64,000 nucleotides of DNA from an uncultured Gemmatimonadales bacterium (GTDB lineage Bacteria > Gemmatimonadota > Gemmatimonadetes > Longimicrobiales > RSA9): contig CAWFKH010000003.1 in NCBI GenBank assembly GCA_963816355.1, positions 42,456 to 106,455 of the forward strand. The letters are read 5' to 3'. This document shows positions 22,155 through 32,131 of this stretch, one piece after another (the stretch's first letter is position 1; every line of letters begins with the position of its first letter). Under the pieces are notes generated by a model that worked only from the letters and a program-made list of their open reading frames with translations, did not search any database and was not told where the DNA came from. Both the position numbers and the translations under genes were made by a program.

Positions 22155-24362
22155 ATGAGTGAGCGCCCGACGCTCGAGGGCTCCGCGAGTCCGTTCCTGC
22201 GGCACGGCGCCGAGCAGCCGGTGCGCTGGTTGCCGTGGGGCGCCGAGGCGCTCGAGCTGGCGCGGGCCCAGGACCGGCCGATCCTGCTCGATATCGGCGC
22301 CGCGTGGTGCCACTGGTGCCACGTCATGGACCGCGAGAGCTACGAGGATCCCGCCACGGCGGCACTCGTGAACGAGCTGTTCGTCCCGGTGAAGGTGGAC
22401 CGCGACGAGCGGCCGGACGTCGACGCCCGCTATCAGCGCGCCGTGCAGGCACTCACGGGCCAGGGCGGCTGGCCGCTCACGGCCTTCCTCGCGCCCGACG
22501 GCCGCGCCTTCTACGGCGGCACCTACTTTCCGCCGCAGGACGGCCATGGCCGCCCCTCCTTCCGGCGCGTGCTACGCGAGATCGCGCGCGTCTGGCGTGA
22601 GGACCGCGACGGCGCGCTGAAGCAGGCCGACGCGCTGCGCGGCCGCCTCGCGGAGTCCGACGCCGCGCTGCGCCAGGGGGCGGAGCTGTCGAGCGCGCTC
22701 GGCGACGTCGCCGTCGAGGCGCTCGCGGACGAGTTCGACTTCCGCCATGGCGGCTTCGGGCGCGCGCCGAAGTTCCCGAACCCGGGTGGTCTGCACCTCC
22801 TTCTCGACCGCTGGCTCGACGACGGCGTCGACTGGCAGCGCCGCGTCGTCCTCGAGACGCTGCGCGCCATGGGCCGCGGCGGCGTCTTCGACCAGCTCGG
22901 CGGCGGCTTCCACCGCTACGCCACCGACGCACGCTGGCTGATCCCCCACTTCGAGAAGATGGCGTACGACAACGGCCCCCTCCTCGAGCTCTACGCCCGC
23001 GCCGCCGCCACGCTCGACGAGCCGTTCTTCGCCGACGTCGCGCGCGCGATCCTGCGCTACTACGACGACGTCGCGCCCGCGCTCCTCGCGCGCGGCGGCT
23101 TCCCGGCGTCGCAGGACGCCGACATCGGCATGGACGACGACGGCGACTACTGGACGTGGACCGCCGACGAGGTCCGCGACGCCCTCGGCGGCGACGGGCG
23201 CGCCACGCGTGCCGCGCTGCTGCGCTACGGCTTCGACGATCCGGGCGCCGCGATGCACCTGGACCCGGACCGCCACGTCCTTTTCCTCGGCCGCGAAGCC
23301 GGGGAGGTCGCCGCGCGCCTCGACGACGACGCCCGCGGCGACGACGGGACGGCGCCCGCGCGCCTCGACGACGCCGCCCGCGCGCTCCTCGACGCCGCCG
23401 CCCGCGCGCTCCTCGACGCCCGCGCGCGGCGGCCGCGTCCCTTCGTCGACGAGACCGTCTACGCCGACTGGACCGCCCTCGTCGCCTCCGGCCACATCGC
23501 CGCCGCGCGCCACCTCGGCGCGGCGGACGCCGGCGCGGCCGCGCTGCGCGCGCTCGACCGCGTCTGGGACGACGGCTGGACCGCCGGCGAGGGCGTCGAC
23601 CACAGGCCTGGCGGCGCACCGGCCGGCCGCTTCCTGGCGGACCAGGCGTGCCTCGCGCAGGCGTGCCTCGACGCCTTCGAGCTCACCCAGGACCAGCGAT
23701 GGCTCCGCCGCGCCCGCGCGCTCGCCGACGTCGCGATCGACCGCTTCACCGCCCCCGACGGCGCCGGCTTCGTCGACCGCGCAGTGGACGCTGCGGAGGG
23801 CGTCGGCGCGCTCGCCGAGCCGCACCGCCCGATCGCCGACGCGCCGGAGCCCGCCGGCAACGCGGTCGAGGCGCTCGCGCTGCTGCGGCTGCACGCGCTC
23901 ACGGGCGAGGAGCGCTACCGGCGCGCGGCGCTGCGCACGCTCACCGCCTTCGCCGGCGCCGCCCGCCGCCTCGGCGCGGGCGCCGCGACCTACTTCCGCG
24001 CGGTCGACTGGGCGACACGCCCCGTGACCACGGTCGTCGTCGTGGGCGCCGAGGAGGACGCCGCCTCCGACCCGCTCTTCCGCGCCGCGCTCGGCGTGCA
24101 CCGGCCGCGCACCGTGCTGCGCCGGCTGCGCGCCGGGGAGGCGCCGGCGGGGGAGCGGCGCGACGCTGGCGCCGCGATCGAGCGTGCGGAGGGCGGCGCG
24201 GCGGTCGCCCCCCCGCCCGAGCCGACCGCGCTGCCCCCGGAGCTGCGCGCGATGCTGAGCGGCGACGCGCCACGCGCCTACGTCTGCGTCGGGCGCACCT
24301 GCGCCGCGCCGGTCTCCGATCCCGCTGCGCTGGACGCGCTCCTGCGGACGTTTCGCGGATGA
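22155..24362 (+). CDS. YyaL/SPATA20-like thioredoxin (DUF255) plus (alpha/alpha)6 protein
   Basis: SPFLRH, WCHWCHVM, KVDRDERPDVD, GGWPLT, PHFEKM, AYVC..TC. Confidence 0.92.
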   Translation: MSERPTLEGSASPFLRHGAEQPVRWLPWGAEALELARAQDRPILLDIGAAWCHWCHVMDRESYEDPATAALVNELFVPVKVDRDERPDVDARYQRAVQALTGQGGWPLTAFLAPDGRAFYGGTYFPPQDGHGRPSFRRVLREIARVWREDRDGALKQADALRGRLAESDAALRQGAELSSALGDVAVEALADEFDFRHGGFGRAPKFPNPGGLHLLLDRWLDDGVDWQRRVVLETLRAMGRGGVFDQLGGGFHRYATDARWLIPHFEKMAYDNGPLLELYARAAATLDEPFFADVARAILRYYDDVAPALLARGGFPASQDADIGMDDDGDYWTWTADEVRDALGGDGRATRAALLRYGFDDPGAAMHLDPDRHVLFLGREAGEVAARLDDDARGDDGTAPARLDDAARALLDAAARALLDARARRPRPFVDETVYADWTALVASGHIAAARHLGAADAGAAALRALDRVWDDGWTAGEGVDHRPGGAPAGRFLADQACLAQACLDAFELTQDQRWLRRARALADVAIDRFTAPDGAGFVDRAVDAAEGVGALAEPHRPIADAPEPAGNAVEALALLRLHALTGEERYRRAALRTLTAFAGAARRLGAGAATYFRAVDWATRPVTTVVVVGAEEDAASDPLFRAALGVHRPRTVLRRLRAGEAPAGERRDAGAAIERAEGGAAVAPPPEPTALPPELRAMLSGDAPRAYVCVGRTCAAPVSDPAALDALLRTFRG

Positions 24363-25471
24363 GCGCCGCCATCCCCGCGGGTGCCGCGCCCCTGGCCGAT
24401 CTTCCCTCCACGATGCTTGCCGCGCGCCTCGTCGCCGCGGACCGCTTCGAGCTCGAGCGGCGGCCGGTGCCGCGGCCCGGCGAGGGCGAATTGCTGCTGC
24501 GCGTCGACGCGGCGCTCACCTGCGGCACGGACCTCAAGACGCTGCGCCGCGGCCACCCGCGCCTTCCGCTGCCGGCGCCGATGGGGCACGAAGCCGCCGG
24601 CACCGTCGCGGCCGTGGGTTCCGGCGTGCGCCGCTTCCGCACCGGCGACGCCGTCGTCTTCGTTCCCACGGCGCCGTGCGGCGTGTGCCGCCTCTGCCGC
24701 CGCGGCCGGGAGAACCTCTGTCCGGACGCGGTCGGCCGCATGGTGCTCGGCGCGTTCGCCGAGTACCTGCTCCTCCCGCGCCACGTCGTGCGGCGGCACG
24801 TCTTTCCCCGGCCCGATGGGCTCGCCGCCCGGGAGGCCGCCGCGCTCGAGCCGCTCGCCTGCGTGGTGCACGGCGCCCGCCGCCTGGACCTCGAGCGCGC
24901 GGAGACGGTCGCGCTGGTCGGCGACGGCGCGATCGCCCTGCTCTTCGTACAGGTGGCGCGCGCGCTCGGCGCGCCTCGCATCCTCGTCGCAGGGCGCCAC
25001 CCCCACCGCCTGGCCGTCGCCGCGGAGCTCGGCGCGGATCGCACCATCGAGGTTCCGGAAGGCGACGAAGCGCGACTCCGCGCGGCCGTTTCCCGGGAGA
25101 CCGGCGGCGCCGGCGCGGACGTCGTCGTCGAGTGCGTCGGCACCCCCCGGACGTGGGAGCTCGCCTCCAGCCTCGCCGCGGCCGGCGGCGAGGTCCTGCT
25201 CTTCGGCGGCTGCGCGGCGGGCACGCACGCGCGCTTCGACACCGAGCGGCTGCACTACGGCGAGGTCGACCACAGCGCGGCCTTCCACTACGCGCCCGCG
25301 GACGTCGCCGACGCGCTCGACCTCCTCGCGCGCGGCACGGTGCGCGCCGCGCCTCTCGTGACGCACGCGCGGCCGCTTTCCGAGCTCGACGACGCGATCC
25401 ACCTCGCGCTCTCCCGTGCCGCGATCAAGGTCGCGATCCTGCCCGGCCGCGACCCGGACGCCGCGCCGTGA
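24359..25471 (+). CDS. Zinc-dependent medium-chain alcohol/polyol dehydrogenase
   Basis: CGTD, GHE, CxxCxxC-x7-C, EPLAC; ATGA overlap with upstream gene. Confidence 0.88.
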   Translation: MSAAIPAGAAPLADLPSTMLAARLVAADRFELERRPVPRPGEGELLLRVDAALTCGTDLKTLRRGHPRLPLPAPMGHEAAGTVAAVGSGVRRFRTGDAVVFVPTAPCGVCRLCRRGRENLCPDAVGRMVLGAFAEYLLLPRHVVRRHVFPRPDGLAAREAAALEPLACVVHGARRLDLERAETVALVGDGAIALLFVQVARALGAPRILVAGRHPHRLAVAAELGADRTIEVPEGDEARLRAAVSRETGGAGADVVVECVGTPRTWELASSLAAAGGEVLLFGGCAAGTHARFDTERLHYGEVDHSAAFHYAPADVADALDLLARGTVRAAPLVTHARPLSELDDAIHLALSRAAIKVAILPGRDPDAAP

Positions 25472-26538
25472 GCGTCGTCCCCGATCGCATGCGCGTCGCC
25501 CGTCTTCACGGCTGGGGCGACGTGCGCGTCGAGGAGGCGCCGGTGCCGCTTCCCGGCGCCGGCGAGGCGCTCGTCCGCATCGACGCGTGCGGCGTCTGCG
25601 GCTCCGACGCGCTCGACTGGTACGTCGCCCGCAAGGCAGCCGCGCGCCCGGTCGTGCTCGGCCACGAGCCGGCGGGCGTCGTCGTCGCGCTCGGCGAGGG
25701 CGTCGCCACGCTGAGCGTGGGCGATCGCGTCTTCGTCCACCACCACGCCCCCTGCCTCGCCTGCGCCGAATGCCGCCGCGGCCTCTGGTCCAGCTGCGCC
25801 ACGTGGCGCGGCCGGCACCTCGAGCCGGGCGGCTTCGCCGACTACGCCCTCGCCTCGGCGACCACCGTCGCCCACGACACGCTCGTCCTGCCCGACGCGA
25901 TGGAGATGGAGACCGCCAGCTTCATCGAGCCAGTGGCGTGCGGCGTCCGCGCCGTGCGCCGCCACGGCCGCATCGAGCGCGACGACGTCGTCCTCGTCGT
26001 CGGCCTCGGCGCGATGGGCCTGCTCATCGCGCAGATCGCACGCGACGCCGGCGCCCGCGCGGTCGTCGGCAGTGACTTCCTTCCCGACCGCCGCGAGCTC
26101 GCCGCCCGCATCGCGGTCGACATCGCCCTCGATCCGCGCGCCGCCGCCGTCGCCGCCACCGCCCGCGAGCTGTCCGGCGGCCGCGGCGCCGACGTCGTCG
26201 TCGTATGCCCGGGCGATGCCGCCGCCGTGAAGGCGGGCATCGACGCCGCCGCCCCGGGCGCGCGCGTCGTCTGCTTCACGCCGCTGCCGCCGGAGAGCCC
26301 GCTCGACCTCGACCTGTCCAGCCTCTACTTCCGCGAGATCACCCTCACCCAGAGCTACTCCTGCGGCCCTGACGAAACGCGCGAGGCGCTGCGCCTGCTG
26401 AGCGAGGGCCGCCTCGACGTCGCGCCGCTCGTCACCCACCGCGTCGGCCTCGGCGGCGTGGGAGACGCCATCCTCCGCGCGGCGGGGAAGGGAAGCGTGG
26501 CGGGAATCAAGACGATCGTCTTCCCCGCCCGCGAGTAG
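25468..26538 (+). CDS. Second zinc-dependent alcohol/polyol dehydrogenase
   Basis: CGSD, GHE, structural Zn cysteines, GLGAMG; GTGA overlap. Confidence 0.88.
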   Translation: MSVVPDRMRVARLHGWGDVRVEEAPVPLPGAGEALVRIDACGVCGSDALDWYVARKAAARPVVLGHEPAGVVVALGEGVATLSVGDRVFVHHHAPCLACAECRRGLWSSCATWRGRHLEPGGFADYALASATTVAHDTLVLPDAMEMETASFIEPVACGVRAVRRHGRIERDDVVLVVGLGAMGLLIAQIARDAGARAVVGSDFLPDRRELAARIAVDIALDPRAAAVAATARELSGGRGADVVVVCPGDAAAVKAGIDAAAPGARVVCFTPLPPESPLDLDLSSLYFREITLTQSYSCGPDETREALRLLSEGRLDVAPLVTHRVGLGGVGDAILRAAGKGSVAGIKTIVFPARE

Positions 26539-26618
26539 CGGGACCTGGATCGGACCGCCGCGATGGGGGTCCGGCGGCGTTTCCGAACGCGCGCCGCAGA
26601 GGCCGTAGCGCCCGCCAT

Positions 26619-26634
26619 CGGCCCTCCCGTTGCA
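26619..26634 (+). promoter_or_regulatory. Putative sigma-54 promoter upstream of pfpI
   Basis: CGGCCCTCCCGTTGCA (GG-N8-TTGCA). Confidence 0.55.
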
Positions 26635-26697
26635 CGCTTCTTGCGATTAAATGACGTGCTCACAATGACTTACAAGCATACGAACCGAGAGGTACCC

Positions 26698-27282
26698 ATG
26701 GCACGCGAGCTGGAAGGCAAGAAGGTCGCGATCCTGCTGACCGACGGCTTCGAACAGGTGGAGATGACGGAACCGCGGCGCGCGCTGCAGGAGGCGGGCG
26801 CGGAGACCGACCTCGTCTCACCCAAGGACGGCGAGGTGAAGGGGTGGAACCACACGGAGTGGGGCGACACGTTCGACGTGGACGTGGCGCTGGAAGGGGC
26901 GCGGCCGGAGGCGTACGACGCGCTGCTGCTGCCGGGCGGGGTGATGAACCCGGATCAGCTGCGCATGGACGAGCGGGCGGTGAGCTTCACGCGTTCGTTC
27001 TTCGAAAGCGGCAAGCCGGTGGCGGCGATCTGCCACGGGCCGTGGACGCTGGTCGAGGCGGACGTGGTTCGCGGCCGGACGGTGACGTCGTGGCCGTCGC
27101 TGCGGACGGACCTGCGCAACGCGGGCGCGGAGTGGGTGGACCGCGAGGTGGTGACGGACCACGGTCTGGTCACCAGCCGCAAGCCGGATGACCTGCCGGC
27201 CTTCAACCGCAAGATGATCGAGGAGTTCGCCGAAGGCGTGCACGAAGAGCAGCGCCGCCCCGCCGGCGCCGGCGTCGCCTAG
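26698..27282 (+). CDS. pfpI: PfpI/YhbO (DJ-1) family glyoxalase/general stress protein
   Basis: DGFEQVEM, LPGGVMNPD, AAICHGPW, TSRKPDD; GAGAGG SD. Confidence 0.92.
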   Translation: MARELEGKKVAILLTDGFEQVEMTEPRRALQEAGAETDLVSPKDGEVKGWNHTEWGDTFDVDVALEGARPEAYDALLLPGGVMNPDQLRMDERAVSFTRSFFESGKPVAAICHGPWTLVEADVVRGRTVTSWPSLRTDLRNAGAEWVDREVVTDHGLVTSRKPDDLPAFNRKMIEEFAEGVHEEQRRPAGAGVA

Positions 27283-28142
27283 GGCCGGGATCCGTCGGGG
27301 GCCGGTGGGTTCACCTTCACGTCCTTGACGTCGATCTCCATGTGCATGCCGCCGCCTGCGAGCATCTTCTGGAGCCGCTCCATCTGCGGCCCCATCATCT
27401 TCTCCATCATCTGCTTCTGGGCGTCCGGCATGTCCTTCATCTGCGCCTGGAGCTGATCGAGCGACTGCTGCGCCTTCGCCCGGTCCTCGGGACTCATGGC
27501 ATTCTCGATGCCCTGCATGTCCATGGTCGTGTGGAACGGGTAGAGGAGGCCATCAATGTCGCGGTAGTCCTCCATGTCCATCACCATGGTGACGGCGGTC
27601 GTCTGCCCGTTCACCGCCATCTGCCCGCCGACGCGGATCCGGCGCGGGACGTACTGCGCCTTGTCCAGGAAGATCACCATCGTCTGCGGCGTGAAGCCGC
27701 TGTTGTCCGCGGCGCGCTTCCAGACGGAGATGCCGGAGAGGTCGTCGATCTGGATGACGTGGCTGGCGTGGCCGTCGACCGCCTCGCTCCCCTTCAGGGT
27801 CGCGCGCTCGGCGAGCTCCGGGAAGGAGCCGTAGACGTCCGCCTCCTGTGCCGCGGAGCGCTGCTGCGGCTTCAGCGCGACGCCGTTGCCCTCCATGCTG
27901 ACGCTGGAGCTGAAGACGGGCGGGTCGCTGCCCTCGACGCGCGTGAAGTGCGCCGTGGCCTGCATGCCCATCATCTCCTGTACGACGGTATAGGAGTCGA
28001 TGCCCTTCATGCGGCTGGCGTAGCGGTCCATCGCCGTGCGCAGGAGGTCGCCGGCCGATTGCGCGGCGGCGGGCCGCGGCGCCACTGTGCAGAGCAGGCC
28101 GAGCAGCAGCGGGACGAGAGGAAGTCGGCGTCGTGGATTCAT
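27279..28142 (-). CDS. Secreted hypothetical protein, LolA-like/lipoprotein-sorting type
   Basis: Signal peptide AAA-Q; 'GSEAVDGH..HVI..FLDK..PRRI..DYRDIDGLLYP' pattern; Met/Gln-rich C-terminus. Confidence 0.6.
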   Translation of the reverse strand: MNPRRRLPLVPLLLGLLCTVAPRPAAAQSAGDLLRTAMDRYASRMKGIDSYTVVQEMMGMQATAHFTRVEGSDPPVFSSSVSMEGNGVALKPQQRSAAQEADVYGSFPELAERATLKGSEAVDGHASHVIQIDDLSGISVWKRAADNSGFTPQTMVIFLDKAQYVPRRIRVGGQMAVNGQTTAVTMVMDMEDYRDIDGLLYPFHTTMDMQGIENAMSPEDRAKAQQSLDQLQAQMKDMPDAQKQMMEKMMGPQMERLQKMLAGGGMHMEIDVKDVKVNPPAPDGSRP

Positions 28143-28190
28143 GAGGAATCCTGCCTCACACCCGCCCCGCTGTCAATTCACCCCCGTCCG

Positions 28191-31142
28191 TCACCGCCGC
28201 GGAGATCCCGCGTCGCCCTTCTTGAACCGCTTCTCCTGCACCAGGTAGGGCAGGCCGTCGGTGATCCAGTCCGGCGCCGGCTCGCCCTTCAGGTAGTGAG
28301 CGAACCACGCCATGATCCGCCGGTGGTAGTCGATCTGGTCCGGCTTCTTCGACAGCCCGTGGTTCTCGCCGTTGTATACGAGCAGCACGAGGTCCTTCTT
28401 CGCGCGCCGCGCCGCGTTGTAGAACTCGACGGCCTGGTTGAAGTCGACGGCGCCATCCTTCGTCCCGTCCTCGACCAGCAGCGGCGTGTTCAGCTTCTCG
28501 ATGTTGAAGACGGGCGAATTGGCGCGGTAGGCGTCGAGGTCCTTCCAGAACGGGACCTCCATGCGGCCCTGACTGATCTCGAAGATGCGCGCGTCGGTGC
28601 TGCCGGAGTTCCAGTAGACCGACAGGTACATGCTGTAGAGGTCGGTGAGCGGTGCGCCGGCGACGGCGGCGGCGAAGACGTCCGTCTGCGTCACCGTGAA
28701 CGCGGTCTGGTAACCGCCCCACGAGTGCCCGATCAGACCCACGCGCTGCGGGTCGATGTCGCCGCGCTGCAGCACGGTCTTCACCGCCGGGACGATCGCG
28801 TCGACGGCGGAGAGGCCCGGATTCCGGTCGCGGTAGACGATGTCAGGCTGGAAGACGAAGTACCCCTCCTGGGTGAAGTCGGTGAAGTTGTAGTAGCTGC
28901 GCTCCGACGGCTCCGAGTAGTTGTGCACGCTCGGCGAGCGGATCTCGTAGATGTAGACGATCATCGGGTATTTCTTCCCCGGCTGGTAGCCGGCCGGGTA
29001 GTAGAGCGAGCCCTGCAGCCGCCGCCCCTCCGCGTTGCGGAACTCGACCAGCTCGGAGCGGCCCCAGGCGTACTCCGTCTGGAAGGGGTTCGTGTGCGTC
29101 ACCTGGGACGCGCCGCGCAGATCCGGTCCGCCGACGAAGTAGTCCGGCGAGTCGTCGAAGTCTTCGGCGGTGTAGCCGTAGACGTCGGCGTCCTTCGCCT
29201 TGAGCAGCCGGCTCACGTTCTCGTCCGCCCACACCAGACGCCGCGGCTTCTCTCCCGGCCGGGCGCGGGCGTAGCCGTACTTCTTCGACCATTCGCCATA
29301 CGTCCAGTAGTAGATCGGCTGTGACGGATCGATCGCGTCCGCTTCGGGATCGAGCGTGACGACGCGGTAGCGCACGCTGTCCGCGGCGCCGTCCGTGAGC
29401 CGCTCGGCGCCCGAGCCGTCCGGCGCCACGCGCCACACGTCGTACTTCGAGTCGAGCAGCACCGCCCGGTCCCCCTTCAGCCAGCCGCCGTCGCCGTACG
29501 GCGGCTTCTCGGCGATCGTGTGATCGTCCTCGACGTCTACGAAGGGCGTGCCGAGCTTTCCGGTCAGGTCGAGCCTCGCGCCGCTCCGCACGTCGTAGCT
29601 CCAGTAGTCGCCGCCGTCGACGTAGAGCAGATAGCGCCCATCCGGGCTCACGCCGCGGAAATACTGCACCTTCTCGAGCGCCTTCGTGCGCGCGCCCGTC
29701 GCGAGATCCGCCACGTAGACGTCCTCGTACGCCGGCCCGAACATCGCACTCTCCAGGTACGGGGCGCGGTCGAGCACGACCGCGGTGCGGTCGTTCGCGC
29801 TCAGGCGCACGTCCTCGTCCGGCCCGTTTCCGAGCCGCACGAAAGCGCCGTCGTCCAGGTTCCATGCGGCCAGGTCGTTGCGCTCCCGGTAGCGCGCGTT
29901 GCGCGCCTTCTGCTCCGGGATGATCTCGCGGTCCTTCGCGTGCCAGATCTCGACCGCGGGCTTTTCCTCTCCCTCGTCGGCCGCCGGCCCGCCCTTCGTC
30001 TGCGACGCGGCGTCCGCCTTCCCCGCGCCCGTCGCCGCGCCCTCCTTCGCGGCGCCCGTCCTTGCTCCCGCGCTGTCCGCCTCCGCCGCGCGCGCTTCCG
30101 GCTCCTCCTTCGCCTCGCGCGCCTTGATGCCGAAGAAGAGCGCGGAGCCGTCCTTCGCCCAGCGCAGCGGCCGGAAGTCGACGATACGCAGGCCCGCCGG
30201 GAATCCACTGGCGCCCGCCGGGTCGAAGACGCGTGCGCGTCGATCGCTGCGGGCGACGTCCCGCCACGCGAGGACGACGTGCGCGGAGTCGGCCCAGCCG
30301 GAGTCGGCCACCGCCTTCAGCACGGCGAGGTCCGGATGGTCCTTGCGCCACGCGAGATCGCCGTAGCCGGCGGCGCCGGAGTCGAGCGGCCGCAGCGTGC
30401 CGGTGCCGGCGTCGTAGAGCTGAACGCCGCGTCCCGTCGCATCCGCGTCGTCGACGACCATCGCCAGCAGCGCGCCATGGTCCGCCCACTCGAACGACGC
30501 CACGTGGCCGAAGTGGAGGTCGCGCTTCGTCGTCAGGTCCCGCACCAGCAGGTCGCTCCCGTGCTCGCCCTCGGCCGGGTGCCGCTGTACCGCCGCGTAG
30601 TGGCCGTCGCCGCTGAACGCGACCCGCCCGGCGTCCGGGATCAGCACCGTGTCCCCCCGCTCGAGGTCGAGCAGCCCGGCGTCGCCGTGGACCGGCTTCT
30701 TCGCCTTCTCGAGCTTCTTTCGCTCCGCCTCCGAGACGCCGATCTCGTACGCCGCCCACCGGCCGTCCTTCGAGAACACGCCATTCTGGCCGTGGGCGAC
30801 GACGACGACGGAGTCCGTCCCCACGCGCCGGATCCGCAGCTCGTTCTCCTCGTTCGTGCGCGAGATCGGCACGGCGAGCCAGCGGCCGCGCGGCGACAGC
30901 GTCGCGAAGCCGAGACGCTCCCACCGGCCGTAGTCGGCGGGGGCGAGCGTGCGCAGCGCCGCGCCCGGCGCGGCGGGCGTGTCGGCGGCGATCGAGTCGG
31001 CGGCCGGGCGCGCCGCCGCCGCCGGGACGCCCGCCTGCTGCGCCCGCAGGCACCACGGCGACGCCGGCAGCGCGGCGGCGAAGGCGAAGACGACGATGCG
31101 GGTGCGGAAGGGGGTCGGGAGGTGAGACGTGCGACGTCGCAT
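28191..31142 (-). CDS. Secreted S9 family (prolyl oligopeptidase/acylaminoacyl) peptidase
   Basis: GHSWGG nucleophile, DGAVD, ENHG; N-terminal propeller region and signal peptide. Confidence 0.9.
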   Translation of the reverse strand: MRRRTSHLPTPFRTRIVVFAFAAALPASPWCLRAQQAGVPAAAARPAADSIAADTPAAPGAALRTLAPADYGRWERLGFATLSPRGRWLAVPISRTNEENELRIRRVGTDSVVVVAHGQNGVFSKDGRWAAYEIGVSEAERKKLEKAKKPVHGDAGLLDLERGDTVLIPDAGRVAFSGDGHYAAVQRHPAEGEHGSDLLVRDLTTKRDLHFGHVASFEWADHGALLAMVVDDADATGRGVQLYDAGTGTLRPLDSGAAGYGDLAWRKDHPDLAVLKAVADSGWADSAHVVLAWRDVARSDRRARVFDPAGASGFPAGLRIVDFRPLRWAKDGSALFFGIKAREAKEEPEARAAEADSAGARTGAAKEGAATGAGKADAASQTKGGPAADEGEEKPAVEIWHAKDREIIPEQKARNARYRERNDLAAWNLDDGAFVRLGNGPDEDVRLSANDRTAVVLDRAPYLESAMFGPAYEDVYVADLATGARTKALEKVQYFRGVSPDGRYLLYVDGGDYWSYDVRSGARLDLTGKLGTPFVDVEDDHTIAEKPPYGDGGWLKGDRAVLLDSKYDVWRVAPDGSGAERLTDGAADSVRYRVVTLDPEADAIDPSQPIYYWTYGEWSKKYGYARARPGEKPRRLVWADENVSRLLKAKDADVYGYTAEDFDDSPDYFVGGPDLRGASQVTHTNPFQTEYAWGRSELVEFRNAEGRRLQGSLYYPAGYQPGKKYPMIVYIYEIRSPSVHNYSEPSERSYYNFTDFTQEGYFVFQPDIVYRDRNPGLSAVDAIVPAVKTVLQRGDIDPQRVGLIGHSWGGYQTAFTVTQTDVFAAAVAGAPLTDLYSMYLSVYWNSGSTDARIFEISQGRMEVPFWKDLDAYRANSPVFNIEKLNTPLLVEDGTKDGAVDFNQAVEFYNAARRAKKDLVLLVYNGENHGLSKKPDQIDYHRRIMAWFAHYLKGEPAPDWITDGLPYLVQEKRFKKGDAGSPRR

Positions 31143-31475
31143 GGCGGATCTCCTGCGCTCGAGACGGGGCCGCCGTCCGAGGCGGCGCTCGACTGGACCG
31201 CAAAGATAGACGCGCCGTGCTGCGTCCGCACGCCCGCGCCGTCCAGCCGCCGGATCGGCTGCGGGCGGGCGGAGCGCCGCCCAAGAAGCCGAGCGGGCCG
31301 AACGGGCCGCGTCGCGCGCGATCGCGGCCGCCTCGTGCGACGTGGCCCTCGCGGTCCTATGTTACGGCACGCACGCGCCGGCGGAGCCCCACCGCTTCGG
31401 CGACCCGACGTCGGAGCCGTTCGGCTTTCCGTGCATCGTCGGCCAGGATCGCGACCGTCCCATCCCGATCGGAGG

Positions 31476-32054
31476 ATGACTTTGCCATCGCGAGAGGAAG
31501 CGCTGCAGCTGCTCGAGGAGTGGGTGCCGAACGCGAACCTGCGCGGCCACATGAAGGCGGTGGAGGCCGCCGTGCGCAGCTACGCGCGTCGCTTCGGCGA
31601 GGACGAGGAGCGCTGGGGGCTGGCGGGGCTGCTGCACGACCTCGACTGGGAGAAGTATCCGGAGGAGCACCCGCTGCGCGCCGTCGAGGCGCTGCGCGAG
31701 CGTGGCTACCCCGAGGAGATCCTCCACGCCATCCTCGCCCATCGCGCCGACTTCACCGGCGTGCAGCCGGAGACGAAGCTCGACCGCACGCTGCTCGCCT
31801 GCGACGAGGTCACCGGCATGGTCACCGCCACCGCGCTGGTGCGGCCGACGGGGATCGACGACCTGACGCCAAAGTCGGTGAAGAAGAAGCTGAAGGACTC
31901 GACGTTCGCGAAGGGCGTCGACCGCGAGGAGGTTCGCCACGGCGCCGAGCTGCTGGGCGTCGAGCTGACCGAGCACATCCAGAACGTGATCGACGCGATG
32001 CGCGGCATCGGCGAGGAGCTGGGGCTCACCGGCCCGCAGGTGAGCGGCGGCTGA
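31476..32054 (+). CDS. HD-superfamily (HDIG-type) phosphohydrolase
   Basis: H..AVE, GLLHDLD, H, HAILAH, ACDE, SVKKKLKD. Confidence 0.88.
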   Translation: MTLPSREEALQLLEEWVPNANLRGHMKAVEAAVRSYARRFGEDEERWGLAGLLHDLDWEKYPEEHPLRAVEALRERGYPEEILHAILAHRADFTGVQPETKLDRTLLACDEVTGMVTATALVRPTGIDDLTPKSVKKKLKDSTFAKGVDREEVRHGAELLGVELTEHIQNVIDAMRGIGEELGLTGPQVSGG

Positions 32055-32131
32055 GGGAGGTCGAGCGCATTCCGGTCCCGCTCGCGACGAGGGGGACGTT
32101 TCCGTCTTCCACCCACGAAAGAGGTAGAGCC

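Noticed and set aside
23364-23420. 24-nt tandem duplication inside yyaL (LD(D/A)AARAL)
   Set aside because: In-frame slippage duplication in a variable helical region; no evidence of function
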